Shown here in pieces: positions 28,156 to 41,513 of a stretch of DNA of 64,000 nt. This DNA comes from Basidiobolus meristosporus CBS 931.73 (taxonomy: Eukaryota; Fungi; Basidiobolomycota), in NCBI GenBank assembly GCA_002104905.1, contig MCFE01000005.1, positions 215,784-279,783 of the forward strand. The letters are read 5' to 3'. Position numbers and translations under genes: made by a program. The notes under the pieces are model-generated. The model saw only the letters and a program-made list of their open reading frames with translations, was not told the DNA's origin and made no database searches. Positions within the stretch are counted from its first letter, which is position 1. Every line of letters starts with the position of its first letter.

Positions 28156-29092
28156 CGGCAAATATATATTACTGTTGAAGCAGCAACAACCTCGAGACAA
28201 AAATAGCACCGGATAAGACGTACTCCATCCAGCGACCGATTGAATTTCCATTTTAATCAACCATGGTTGTTTAAAAAATGCATAAAAATGCCAGTTGTTT
28301 AGTTTTCGCAGTAATCGTGACAATGCCAAGCTACTTCAGATGGATGGGAGTAGCATAATATTATTGACTTGATGGGGGGGGGGTGAAAATCGAACAAAAC
28401 AATTCAGAATCCAAACTCACCCGAGTTATCGGCAAAGATAGCTTTTCATAAATTAAAAAGCCTGCACGACGTTCGGGATTGAAATGCCTTAAACTTGGGC
28501 GTCATGTTGTAAACTTTCCCATCCGATCTAGAATAATCCATGATGCAGATTTCCTTGGGCCAAACATGGCGAGTTATTTATAGCGATTAAAAATAAATTC
28601 CGCACCCTCTTGCCAAGGCCGGAATCGAGCTAAATTAATTTTGGAATGTTACACTTACCCGCTAGTCACATGACGATCCTATTTGTCGGGAGGATAGATT
28701 AAATTGATGTGATCGGGTAAACGGACGGAGTCTACGTCTGCATGGAGACTCGAATGTTCGGATAAATTGGATCAAGATTCGAGCGCTCGCAGGAAGATGG
28801 TGGTACACCTTTATCTAAAAGATGATATTTCTCGTGCCAACAATCACGCATACATGACATGTTTCATATTTAATATATGGGACAGATGGAAAAAGATGTC
28901 AAAATATCGTAATGATTGAATGTACGTGACATTGAGATAGAGATGTAGGTAAAGAATATTCACATTCTAGTACGGTGATGGTTGATGGGGAAATGAACAT
29001 GTGGTGTGGATAATAGCGCCCATTGGAGCGTGCAATAAGTATGGATATTTAAAATTATCGAAATTAAAGAGATAGGCTATATCTCAGAACTA

Positions 29093-30898
29093 TCACATAT
29101 TCATACTTCTCGAGTTGGTTGGTCTTCCCAAGTCTGGTGAAAACATGTTCTGCATTCGAGAGGTTGGAGCTCGCGACACAGAAGGAGAGCGAGGCTGCTC
29201 CGCGCTTAGGTATCTACCACTGCTGCGCGATACTGATACCGACCGAGGTTGGGGCTCCATATAGTGTCTACCAGTGCTTCGCGAAACCGATTGTGTGCGT
29301 GGTTGAGGCTGTGTAAACTGCCCGCCAGTACCCTGAGATATTGAGTAGGAGCGAGAGTGACCCTCATGAAAACCTCTGTAACCAGTCCGGTGTGAAAGTG
29401 GGTCAAGGTTTGACTGGCTTTCATAGTTGGCATATGAAAACATAGTACCTGGTAGTGATGTTGTGGATGAGGCTGACCTCATACCCGAGGTCCTGGACAA
29501 AGATGAATATACAGTGTTCTCGTAGCCTTGTCGCCGGATATCAAAGTAGTCATCGGAAGGTTCATTATAGCCGGCATAATAAGGATCATTAAAGTAGGCA
29601 TTATTAAGCATATGAGCACTGTTCATGTGCTCGCGGTTTCGGTATGCTGTATGTGGAATAGTGTCAAAGAATTGCTCAGCCGGTAGAGGACCATACCGAT
29701 TTGAGATAGGTTGCATGTTTTCGCTGTAATACTCGTCAGGATAATGGGAAGCTTGATATCCAAGTGGTCCCGCTTTTCTTTCGCTAGGCTTATGTACAGA
29801 CACCTTCGTTTTTGGATGGGGGGACGCTTCTCTTCTAGAATAGCTGCTAGGAACGTCGTGGTTCTGGTGGCGGGAGGGGTTGCGCGGAGGAAGATCATAC
29901 ATTCTTTCACTCAACTCGCTAACATTGTCACATGAATATGTACGTCGAGAACTATATATCGAGCTGCTATCATCTTCAGATATATCGTTTTCATTAGGAA
30001 TATACTCGGCATATGCCGAGAATGATACAGAGCGGGTGCGTTCCTTTATTTTTTTCGAAGGTTGTTGATGGCCTGGGGATTGAGGTTAGTTATTCCGATG
30101 TACAGTCGTGAACGAGGTCCAGATAGTGTACCTTTCTCATTGGGGCGATTCACCATATCCCTTCTAGCCAGAGCCGCTAGAGGAACGTTGTCTTCGTCAT
30201 CTGAACCTTGACTCTTATCCGAATAAAGTTGAGCTGGCACCTGCAAAGTCTCAATAGGCTTGACTATATGTACGATGACTGGTTATTGGATCGATGATAA
30301 GAATTTGTGATCTATGAATAATCAATTACCTGGGGCATCGAGCTGATTTTGCTGACCTGCCAGCACCACGTGGGCGGTACCAGTGTTCTTTTGTGCATCA
30401 GGAAGCTCTTCTGGCTCGCTTTTTTCGGATATACTTTCTAGTGAGCTATTGGGACTACCAAAAGCCTTGGAATGACCCTCTTTATCTAATGGTCGATGAG
30501 ATGTAAATGTTAATATTGATGGACACTCGTGTGTAAGCTTTGAGGTAGTGATTACTTTTTAACGTTTCTTGATCGACTTGTTTGTGTATGGCGGTTTTCA
30601 AACTACTCTTTAGTGGTTTTGGCGGTAAGCTACTCGGTGGTTGGCTTCGTGCTCTAGTGGCGTGCGAGCCCGGTTCAATATAGCCTCGATATGTTGGTGC
30701 AGCACCAGATATCAAAGATGGTGGGAAATGAGACTGAATGGCATGGGGAGGGGGGACTCGAGAGTTATTGACCTGTCGACGACTCTCTCTACGTGCCTCG
30801 CGCTTTTCGTCCATAGATATTTGAAGCCTAGACATATGCATCGGCATACTTTGCATATTTTGTGCTAGCATATAGTCGGGCACACCACGGCCGGACAT
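29093..30898 (-). CDS. Hypothetical low-complexity Ser/Pro/Arg-rich protein; may be one multi-exon gene or two genes
   Basis: ORFs 30482-30898, 30046-30246 and 29093-29914 are collinear with GT-AG-like gaps. No recognisable domain. Confidence 0.5.
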
Positions 30899-32555
30899 GA
30901 GGAGTGAGCTTTTGAGGGGAGAAGGGTAAAGAAAGCAGTATAGACAATCTGAAGTAAAGGGAGTAGAACCACAGTAAGACCAAAGATGGAGCAATCAACG
31001 TCAAAATAGAAAGTGCTGAAAATTTCAGAGAAGTGAAGAAAAATACGAGCACTTTATTGGGAAAAATTGTGGTATGGTGGCGGTTTTATTGTCCAATATC
31101 AAGGGTGATATATGGGATCCAAGATGCATTCATCTCACCCCAGTGCAGTTTCGTAACGCCGATCCGAGTGAGATATTTTTATGGCGTGGTCGGTTGTTCC
31201 ACACTCCATACAAGGAAGGCCTGCATTATTCGTAATATCGATACCATCGTTCCCTTACGGTGAAGTGGCCTTAACAAGCTAATCAAACAGTTGGTGAATT
31301 CATATTATTCAATCATACAATTACTGGCCATTATATGATTGGATCAATGTCGTCGCATTAGACAATCGATTATGAATCGGGATTATCATGTTGCGCCTAC
31401 ACAACCCTATCCTTACAATTCGTGACTAGAATTATTTTCGAAGATGAGTCTTGAACAAACAAATAGGCAAACTAGCTACCGTGAAATTACAGCAATTTGG
31501 AAAAGCGCCCTATATTTAGAACTTGATGTTGTAAAAACGGGTTGTTGATAGAGCGAAGTGGGGAAGTTATTTATGGATTTTCTTGTTGATTTCCATGAGT
31601 AAAACAAAGGATCTCAGCAGTGTCTCTGGCTGTCTCATTGAACATGGATACCGCTCCCTCATTCTTAGCAAGGGACTTATCCGGCATGATGAGTTATAGA
31701 AATTGCGAGCTAGAACAATCCATCAATGCATGTACCATCAACAACTATATGCTGAGATTAGATTGGGGACTCATGGTAATCGATAAATTTAGGCCATCAC
31801 TTCTATTGGAATCCAAACATGACTCTTCCTCGAAGCCCAATTTAAGTGCATCGCCAACACACTCAAACCTATCGTTTGTTAAAGAGGCATGGAAATGGCT
31901 ATTTGTACCAGTTTCAATACAATCGACATGATACGAGCATTTACCCCCTTTTACCAAAATTAGTTTATTATTATGTTGAATAAAATATATCGGGCAGCGT
32001 TAATCCTGGAAATAAAGTTCCCAAGGCAATAGCTCAGTGAACCATTACCAGAAAATAGTATGTTCGATTTGATTATCTCATGTTGCTACTGACTTTGGGA
32101 AGCAGTCACTATCGAATCTTCTGAATTTTGGTGCCACCGCAAGCCATTGTACCTTATCATGATCAAAAAACGGTGTTTAAAAATAGCTCGTTTCATCAGA
32201 AATGCAAACCCAGTTGAGATACTCTAATCAACTTTTATTGTTTAACTATGTTCTCCAGTTAATGCTTCAATTCTGGCCATTTAAATATGGGATGTGCACG
32301 CGATTCGAAATTCACCATGTATATTGAAGGTTGCCTATATTTACGTGGTCGATTTCTGGATAAATTATCATGACGATTTGGTTGTTTAACTAAGTAATTA
32401 ATTCAATAACCCTGACGAGTTTACGACATTGGTATACCAAGTAGTTGCGAACTTCGAGAGTACACATTCCATTTCCTACTCGGTGAATGTCCTTGTTTCG
32501 TCGCTTGTTTTGACCTTTTCTGAGCTTGAATAAGACCATAGTTACCGTTTGAGTT

Positions 32556-35500
32556 ATGCAGTTCCAACCGTTCGTGCTCAAAACCATACTTTCCGCGTTA
32601 CTCCCGGAGGACCAATCATCAGCCACCTCGCCTTCGCTTACTACACACCAACAAAGTCCACCACGCCTCCCACCAAGAAATTCCTCATTATCGCCAGTAA
32701 ATCTCACGAGATCGTTATCCGCTAGCTCTACTTCCTCACTGTTTTCTGGAAAAGTCACTGCCGAGTCCGTAGAAACTTGGGGTACTGTATACACGCCGCC
32801 CATTGTACTTGAGCCTTCCGACCACTGTTCTATACTGACAGCAATCTCACTCTGCAGACAAAAATGTATATGTTGGAACAAATGACGGGTATATATATCA
32901 CTACTTGGCTGCCGATCTGTCTTTATCGGACGATGTACATATTTCCAAATATACCTATATGCATTGCAACCAGTATTGACCAAAGGTGCCCTATTTACGT
33001 GCAATAGGAAGATGAAAGCCCACAACTAATTCAGAAGCGCAATCTTGGTGTTGGTAAGAAGTCGGTAGAGAGAATCGTGGCACTTCCCACTATTTCTAAG
33101 CTTGTGGTGCTGTGTGGTATGTAACTACCAAGAAACTGTTATACTTCGTAAATGGTCGAGCTTACGCCCATTCTAGATTCGACCATTATGTTCTTCACAC
33201 TTCCTGACCTAAGCTCTATACCACACGAAATCATGGCACCTATCCGAGGGGTAACTTGCTTGTGTTTCGACGAAGGAAACTCGTCGTTTCAGAAAAATCG
33301 AGTTTCAATGTGTGCCGTTAAGAGGAGAGCTGTCCAATTTTACCAGTTGGGCGATGGGGCCGTCTTGGAGCGGGTAATTGGATGGGATACCTATACACGA
33401 CGAGCTTGGACATATTTCTAACAGTTACCCGATCTGCGTAGGAAACATCTCTCCCGGATGGTGCAATTACTGTCTGCCGTTTTGAAAACCATTTGTGCTT
33501 TGCGGATACATATTCCTACAAAATCCTGGATATTCGTACTTCACGGGCCATAGATCTTATCCCAACCTCCAAAGGAAATTCAGACTGGGGTATCAAGAAC
33601 AGCAGCGCATCTTTAAAGCCGATCGTTACTGTGGTAGACAAAGGGGAGTTTCTTCTTATTACCGCAGCAGCTGGAGCCCATATCCTTTCTGAAATGATTT
33701 CTGCTCATGCCGCCCAGTACTTGTAGCGTTGTATTTCTTAACATGCGTACAATCGGCTTTAGGAATGTTCGTCACGTCTTCCGGAGATCCTACCAGAGGA
33801 ACTCTTCAGTGGCCTAGCCATCCCCGAGCCATCGGTAAGTGTTTCAGCACCAGTGCATTAGCGATCTTAGTGCTGATCGCGTACTTCGCATCTCATAGGG
33901 ATTCATTTTCCATACGTGATTGCCCTTCTTCGAAACAACACCATCCAGATCCATAATCTTCTTGACCAAAAATTGATGCAATCATTTGGCTTTACCCGGA
34001 ATATGGAGGTTCGGAACCTCGTGGAGACGAATGGAATGGTGTTTTCAGCGCCTTCCATCCTGGACATGTCTCAAAGCCTCCCAAGTCTAGCCACCACGTT
34101 TCTCATCACCAGAGACTCGTTAATGACTCTGGCTCCACTTCCTTTGATTACCCAAGTATGTCGGTGTCCAATATATATCGCTGATCGTCTCGTTCTAATC
34201 CAGCGGGTTGCAGGTGGATAGTTTGCTTGATACCAACAGAGTGGAAGAGGCCTTGGATGTTGCCGAGGATGCGCGAAACACCATAGTATCCAGGCGTAAT
34301 GAGCGAATGGTACAATTAACTCCGGTCTTTTTAGCCAGTTCCCAGCAAATGTACTAATACTGTTGATAGCGATATGAACTCGAATATATTTACAGAAAAG
34401 CCGGGTTCATTTACCTGGGGGAAACGCTGTTTGACGATGCGCTTGGGCTGTTTTTGAAAGGGAATCTTGACCCAAGGGTTCTGATCAAACTCTTTCCAGA
34501 TATCTCCGGACCAAGCTCCGAATCGGATACACCGTTGCTAGAGGAAAAATTAAACGATTACGTTGATGGTATCGGAAACATAAACGACATCGGTAAGCCA
34601 ACTACCCGCGTATCGTTTAGTGCACGAAGCTTACTAGGGTGCTTGGTATTATTAGTAACCAATAGCCTTCAGAAGAACTACAGCGTCAACCTGAACACTC
34701 CCGAGGACGAGGAAACAATTCAATCCATCAAGCAAATGCATTCCGTGCTTATCTCCAACGCCAAAGAGATACTGGTGCGATATCTGGTAAAGACGAGGCC
34801 GAAGTCCATAAAAGAAAAGAAATTTGATTTGAAAAAGGTAACGACCAACCGCTGCTGGAACCCGAGGGTGTGTTTTTTAACGAGGTCTGGCCGGTTATTT
34901 GCTAGGCGATTGATACGGCACTTCTCAAGTTGTACTCAGAGTCCAATTCTGAGGATTTATACAAGATGCTCCGTACGAAAAACGACTGTATTTTGAGCGA
35001 GTGTGAGGGAATCCTGCTGGAGCGAAAGGTAGCTTTATGATGAAAAAAGAACCCCGTGGATCAATTGTTTCTGATTACTCTATCACTAGCAATTCTACCC
35101 ATTGGCTCTTTTGTACGTTGAAAACAAGGAGTACCACAAAGCTCTCGATTTGATGCTCAAGTAATGAACACACCTTTTTGTTGTTGAAAGCTTTCGACAT
35201 TGATGAATCGTATGTTAGAATCTATGATGGCCCCGACCCGGACACTCGCTTTGGGGGAGTAGCCGAGGTGGCCGAGCTTTTATCCAGACTTGCCGACCCA
35301 ACCTTGGTTCTGGAGTACGTTCCATGGGTGATCGAAAGAGATCCTTCTCTAGGAGCAGAGGTTCAATTTGTTGTTGGCTTATCCATCGGCAGGGTCGACT
35401 AACATTTGCATCAGGTGTTTGTACGGATGAATCCAGAAGTGACTGCAAAGTTTGATAAAGCGCAGGTGCTGAGCCTGCTCGAGAAGAACGGAGGCGAGGG

Positions 35501-36865
35501 GATTAGACGTTACCTGGAGTATCTCATTTTCCAATGCGAGGATCACGTATGTTGAAAGACTCGTTTTTCTTTTGTGGAATCTGGGTACTAAAATCATTCG
35601 CTAGAATACGGATAGACATACAACTCTGGCTACTACATACATAGAAGACTTGTCAGGCATGTATGAGAAAAACCTGCAAGATGTGTTGGGCGAGCTAGGT
35701 ACTGTATTGTATTTTGCACTCCGTTCTAAGCCATGTGTTCTTTCTAACATCGGGTCCAAAGAAACCGCATTTGCGGTGGCTAGCATCACATCACCCTCCA
35801 TCACATTCATGCATTTCTTAGAAAAACGCACCGACGACGCCAGTGTCTTGAGGAGTAAGCTTCTAAAGTTCCTCCAATCCTCGGGCATTACGACCAGAAC
35901 AAGATCCTGGAGAAGATTTTGGAGTTCAAGTATTTCACTATTGAAAGGGCGATTTTGTTTGGAAGGGTAAAGAGTTTCTTCTAATCGGACACCTCTCTCA
36001 TCTGGGCTTGGGCGTAACCTTGAAATTTGGTTCAGGTAGGAGAGCACGAAAAAGCACTCGAAACACTTGTGTATGATGCCAAGGATTACATCGGAGCTGA
36101 GGTTTACTGTATTTATGAAGGAAAGCGTGTTTGTGACTCTGATGCTTCCGGTTACAATCAGCCAAAGTCAGGTGTGGAGGCAGAGGTCGAGGCAGAGGAA
36201 TCAGCCATTATTAGCTCCATTGCAAATGGACCTGAGGAGATCTCGACTCAAAGTCTATCGGAGAAGCTATTCCACAAACTTTTGGAAGTGTATTTAAATA
36301 TGAGCAAGAGCGGGTCAGTGGGGAAAGTTGAGTATCGAGTTGTATCTGTGTTGCTAAACCAGAAGTATATCCTTAGGAACGCAATGTTGCCACAAATCAC
36401 TCGCCTCCTTGATGCCAGGTTCTCATATCTGGATATATCAGAAGTGTGCATCGGTTCCTTACTATCTTGTGTGCGCCTGTCGAATCTAACTCTTGTGGTA
36501 TAGGTACTTCAAATGATCCCAGACGAGTGGTCGGTTGACACGATCCATTCGTTTTTAATTCGCTCTTTGAGGAAGACTATGAACATTCACTTAGAAAATC
36601 AGGTGCTCAAAGGAGTCGCGCGTGGCCAGAATCTAATGGTAACATCAACACTGTATACACCTGAGTGTCGATGAATATTGACTGGTATCCATAGGCAAGC
36701 GCAGAATTGGTCCAGTGTTATATGAACGAGCCGCCAGTGGTCATTACCCCAGAGCTTACATGCGCAGTATGCCATAAACTCATAGGAGAGGCCATATTTG
36801 CATGCGAGACGAAGTTTGGGAAAAGACAGATTGTACATTTGCATTGTCGTTCGGAAGAATCGTGA
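32556..36865 (+). CDS. TGFBRAP1/Vps3/Vps39-like tethering-complex subunit (CNH domain, Vps39 domains, C-terminal zinc finger), many exons
   Basis: N-terminal MQFQPFVLKTIL...VYVGTNDG, LGMFVTSSGDPTRGTLQW, FLKGNLDPRVLIKLFP, HEKALETLVYDAKDYIGAEVYC, and C-terminal TCAVCHKLIG...IVHLHC. Confidence 0.85.
33680..33750 (+). other. U12-type AT-AC intron, 71 nt
   Basis: 5' ATATCCTTTCT, branch TTTCTTAAC about 9 nt before the terminal AC. Removal joins ITAAAGA-Q to SALGMFVTSSGDP in frame (phase 1). Confidence 0.88.
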
Positions 36866-37060
36866 TGGGATTCTTTGTTGATTGTTCCTATTTATTCATG
36901 AACTTGAACTATATCCACTACACATGTAATCATCGACTAGCATCTTAATACAAAAGCGATAGATATCCAACTGTGTTCGTTTTATTCATGTCCCGCATCG
37001 ATTGGGTGAAGTTATTGTGAGCCGAGATAGAAAGTGAATAAACGAAGGGGAGCAACCATG

Positions 37061-37771
37061 CTAACGCTTCCCTTTCAGAACACTGAATAAACGGTAGCTA
37101 GCTATCGCATCGTTTGCAGCATAATCAATCTCTTGAGGAGTCAGATGAGTTCGTGACCATTGTTTCTTTGTCCAGGATTTATTGAGCCTCACATCAATCC
37201 CAAACCTACTGGCCAACTCCTCCAACGAGAGATTCTGGCAACCCAAACCGCTGGCCAAGGTATCGATGTTAACGATACCATTGCAAGTCAGCTTGTAAAC
37301 CCTTTTAAGGTTCGCAGCATCTACAGTAGCATTAACCCCCGTTTTCAGGATCTTGCTGCTCGCCAACAATTTACGCAAAGTTGGAGGGATATCGCCAGTG
37401 GAGCGATAGATCTGGCCTACCTGAAAGATAATGCACGTGCTTGAGGAAGCCAATTGAATCACCGACACTTCAAAGCCAGAACGAAGCCGGGTAGACTCCG
37501 TATCAAAGCCCAGGTAGGGAGTGGCAGCTGATTGAATGGAATTTAGCAGCATATCAACGCCCTCGTCACATTGCCCCCGAGATTGGCACAAGAATATTTT
37601 GTAATCTCCGGTCATTTTAACCTCAACCGGCTGTGAGGAAATTCTATCGGGCAATACAGGGACATGTGGCATGAGGTTATGTCGAGCGGCTCTTGCAGTT
37701 TGAGAAGGCTGTTGGGAGACTGGGATAAAGCGAGGCGACTGAGGTGTCTTTGATTCGCGGAGTATCCTCAT
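37061..37771 (-). CDS. 3'-5' exonuclease of the WRN/EXD2 (DEDDy) type; may extend 5' to about 38050
   Basis: ExoI LGFDTES, VSVIQLAS, ILKTGVNATVDA, LSLEELAS, and ExoIII QWSRTHLTPQEIDYAANDAIASY. Confidence 0.85.
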   Translation of the reverse strand: MRILRESKTPQSPRFIPVSQQPSQTARAARHNLMPHVPVLPDRISSQPVEVKMTGDYKIFLCQSRGQCDEGVDMLLNSIQSAATPYLGFDTESTRLRSGFEVSVIQLASSSTCIIFQVGQIYRSTGDIPPTLRKLLASSKILKTGVNATVDAANLKRVYKLTCNGIVNIDTLASGLGCQNLSLEELASRFGIDVRLNKSWTKKQWSRTHLTPQEIDYAANDAIASYRLFSVLKGKR

Positions 37772-38290
37772 TTTTGAAAGATCGATTGCGCCCGAGTCTG
37801 CCCGGGCTTTTTTCTCTTAGGTGGATTATTACTTTGCTAAACAGAACAAGTCTTTCTGCCATAACTATACCTTTTGCGAGAAGTTTATTTGGCTCCTGGG
37901 GGGTTTTCAAGAACCTTGTACTGGACGTTTCCGGTTTCCGTGTAGCTCGCGTTTTTGTTGCATAGTTTGATATGCAACTTCGAAATGCTGCTGGTGATGG
38001 GGAACAGCATTTAGTAAAGCTAGGGTCTCTATAGAGTCCTAAAGGGGCCAACTAACGTGATGCGCTTGGACCTGCTCGGGACCCCACTGCCAGCATATTT
38101 GTCGAAATTCAATGGACAGGTGCAAATGAACAGAGGATCGACATTTTCTCGTCAGCAGATTTTTATTGACATCGGTACCGCGTAAACATATACAACAAAA
38201 AGGATGAGGTAAAATGAGGTGATGTAGCGTTCATCGGGATACCAGCCAAGAAAAACACGAAATAATGTGATAGAGGCAGAATTAATTAGA

Positions 38291-38797
<507 letters not shown>

Positions 38798-39074
38798 TCA
38801 CTTTTAAAGATCCGCAATTTTTCCTCCCTAAGGTCCCCGGTCACGCATTTTTCTTGGTCGTTAGCCTCCAAAGGTTGTTTAAGTGTTGATTATTTTTGGT
38901 ATCATTTAATCCAATAGGATTTTACACAAATCATGCCAAATCAATACCATACTGACGTTTTTCCATACGTGTGGACGAGTTATTTGCGCCATCAACATTT
39001 GGAATATCTTGGAACATCCAGCGTGCCACTTCTTCTGCTTCAAACGGTCGAAAGGGTTGAACTGAACTAGAAAC

Positions 39075-40409
39075 ATGGACGGAAATTATTACGCCCAAGG
39101 TGCGCCACAAGATGGCTACTACCAGCAGAACTCGTACAGCAACCCCACTTCCCCTCCTTTACAGCATCCGGTTCCCCAACATCCCTTCCCTATGCCGGAG
39201 GCATCTTCACCCCAACCACAATTCCAGCAACCACATTCTCCTCATCAACAAGCGTACCAGCAGGCACCACCAGGACAAAATTATGGTTTCGAATTCAACG
39301 ACTTCCAGGGCGCCCAGGCTATAGGGATGCAATTCGGCCGCTCTGCCGTCATGGCTGGCCAAGATTATGTTAACAAGAACGTGCGTAGTCGCTTGGCTAT
39401 CTTGTACCACACAATACACTGGTTTTTGCCCATTTCTAACCCGCCTTTTGTCGATAGCTTGATCGTTACGTCAATGTCACAAATCTCAAGTTCTACTTCA
39501 ACATCAGCAACATGTATGTCGTGAATAAGATACGACTGCTATTATTCCCTTTCCGCCATCAGGTATCCTCTTTTTGATGTTCCTTCTTTTGTCCTCCACT
39601 AACGCCAGTTTAGACCTGGTCCAGACAGGTAAAACGTTCGGAGGAAAATGGACAGATTGAGGGATACAGACCACCACGCGAAGATGTCAATTCCCCAGAC
39701 TTGTATATCCCAGGTATTTCGCTGCATTCACTCTTAACTGGGTTGCGCTCTCCTCTAAACATACCGGTGCTTAGTGATGTCATTCGTGACCTACATCCTT
39801 CTGGTTGGCTTTATTCTTGGGCAAAACAAAGGGTAAGCTACTCTACAGAAATCACCAGAGCATGGCAGATCATAGTTGGTTTACGCTGCTTGTATAGATT
39901 TCATCCGGATGTCTTGGGCTATACAGCCTCCACTGCTTTAGGCTTGGTATTTGGCGAAGTGCTCCTGATGAGGCTCTTCTGCTATCTACTCGGCATCTCG
40001 GGAGATGTTCTACTTTTGGATTTGGTTGCCTACAGTGGCTACAAATTCGTTGGGTAAGCCTAGATTCAGTTGCATAGAAAGAATGCCTTCGTTACTGAAG
40101 TATGGATCAACAGAATCATCGTCACGTTATCTTTTCGTTTCCTGAACAACCCCACCGTTAGTTGGGGAGCTTATCTGTACACCAACCTTGCGTTCGGATT
40201 CTTTTTGGTAAGAGAAGGGTTTTTTTGGCGGCATAATGTGTAGGGTGGTTCTAACCTTTATCCAGTTGCGCTCCTTGCGATACGTCGTTCTCCCCGATTT
40301 GAATTCCCCAGGCACTATGGTCAACGCCCAACGCAAACGTCGGGTCCACTTCTTATTCTGTGTGGCAGCATTGCAATTTCTCAGTGCCTGGCTGCTGATG
40401 GTCGGTTAG
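39075..40409 (+). CDS. YIF1: Yif1/Hrf1 ER-Golgi membrane trafficking protein, multi-exon
   Basis: Q/P-rich N-terminus, then [55 protein letters not shown] and DLVAYSGYKFVG. Confidence 0.92.
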
Positions 40410-40779
40410 GGGAGTTCGCGCGACAAGCTCAATCGATCCTCAGTGTTTTCAAGGACTTTTAGTTACTATAATTCGCAATGCATTGGTGTTTCTAGCTCAG
40501 GCCATGAATCTGTATTCAAATATATGAATTCCAGAAAATAATTAGACCTTTCTTTCACCTAGAAATCAACAATCTTCTATAAAGAATGCTTCCATATGTT
40601 GAGGATTATAAGTTTATTCTTTTTTTCCCAAGCCAAACTGTGTTAGGTGAACTTGGTTGCATGAGGAATGAAGAGGGAATTTTGGATGATTTCTTGTTCC
40701 GTAACGCCCTCCCACACAGTCGAACTCTTGGTTCATAAAGGGTAGGAGGGGCAGGGTAGATGAAGCGGGATGTTTATAA

Positions 40780-41157
40780 CTAGGCAGACTCCTGAGCAAG
40801 CAAGCGTTGCTTCCTTTCCAAAAGCCTTTGTTTGCGTACTTCTAAAGCTTGGTTCTGTCTTTGCTCGTAATTGTAGTACCAATATCCCACACCACCAAAG
40901 GCAACTGCGTGAAGAGCATGGAACTCCAGTCCTATGAATTGATTAGAGAGCACCAAGTTAGCATGGGTCTTGGTAGAGCAGTATTGATTGCAGGCAGGTT
41001 TAAGGAGTCTTAGCGCCTGTATGCAATCTAGGCCAAGGTCAAAAAACAAAGACCAATACTAACTATCAAACCAAGGTCTCTTGCTCATGGCTAGAGAAAG
41101 ACAACGGACGCCGACGCCAAAGGAAGCGAATGCGGTTACAGTGTGAGTGAGAGCCAT
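40780..41157 (-). CDS. Complex I accessory subunit, NDUFC2/B14.5b-like
   Basis: Two exons read by hand: MALTHTVTAFASFGVGVRCLSLAMSKRPWF... and ...LEFHALHAVAFGGVGYWYYNYEQRQNQALEVRKQRLLERKQR. Layout matches the fungal 14 kDa complex I subunit as I recall it. Confidence 0.75.
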
Positions 41158-41513
41158 CTTCAAAAGGGAAAGTTACGTGTGAATAACTGAAGAAAGGCGT
41201 TTCCAAGTATTATGACTACTACTTTATTCGAAAAACTCACCGAAGCACAAAAAGTGGCGGGGTTAAGTACTAGCTTTCACGAATACCAATATTTCATTTA
41301 AAAAATCGAATAACAAATCGAATTTAATGGGGTGGGGTAATCTAAGAAGGGTGGTGAGTTTCATTGGGGGATTGGGTTGAGGAAAGCCCGATATTTAATC
41401 TCCCTTTATCATGGGAAACGTCTTGGAAATTATTGAATATCACCATTGGGAAATTGTGCAGATGAAGTTGATGCAGTAGGAATAAAAAAGATTGGATATC
41501 TTGTTCTGATTCT

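Noticed and set aside
31300-32400. Possible gene or pseudogene fragments in intergenic stretches 31.3-32.4 kb, 17.3-18.2 kb, 19.7-21.0 kb and 0.6-2.0 kb
   Set aside because: Only short ORFs without recognisable motifs or consistent splice structure are present. No tRNA, rRNA or snRNA could be recognised.
32390-33025. 211-aa minus-strand ORF
   Set aside because: It is antisense to the first exons of the Vps39-like gene and has no motifs.
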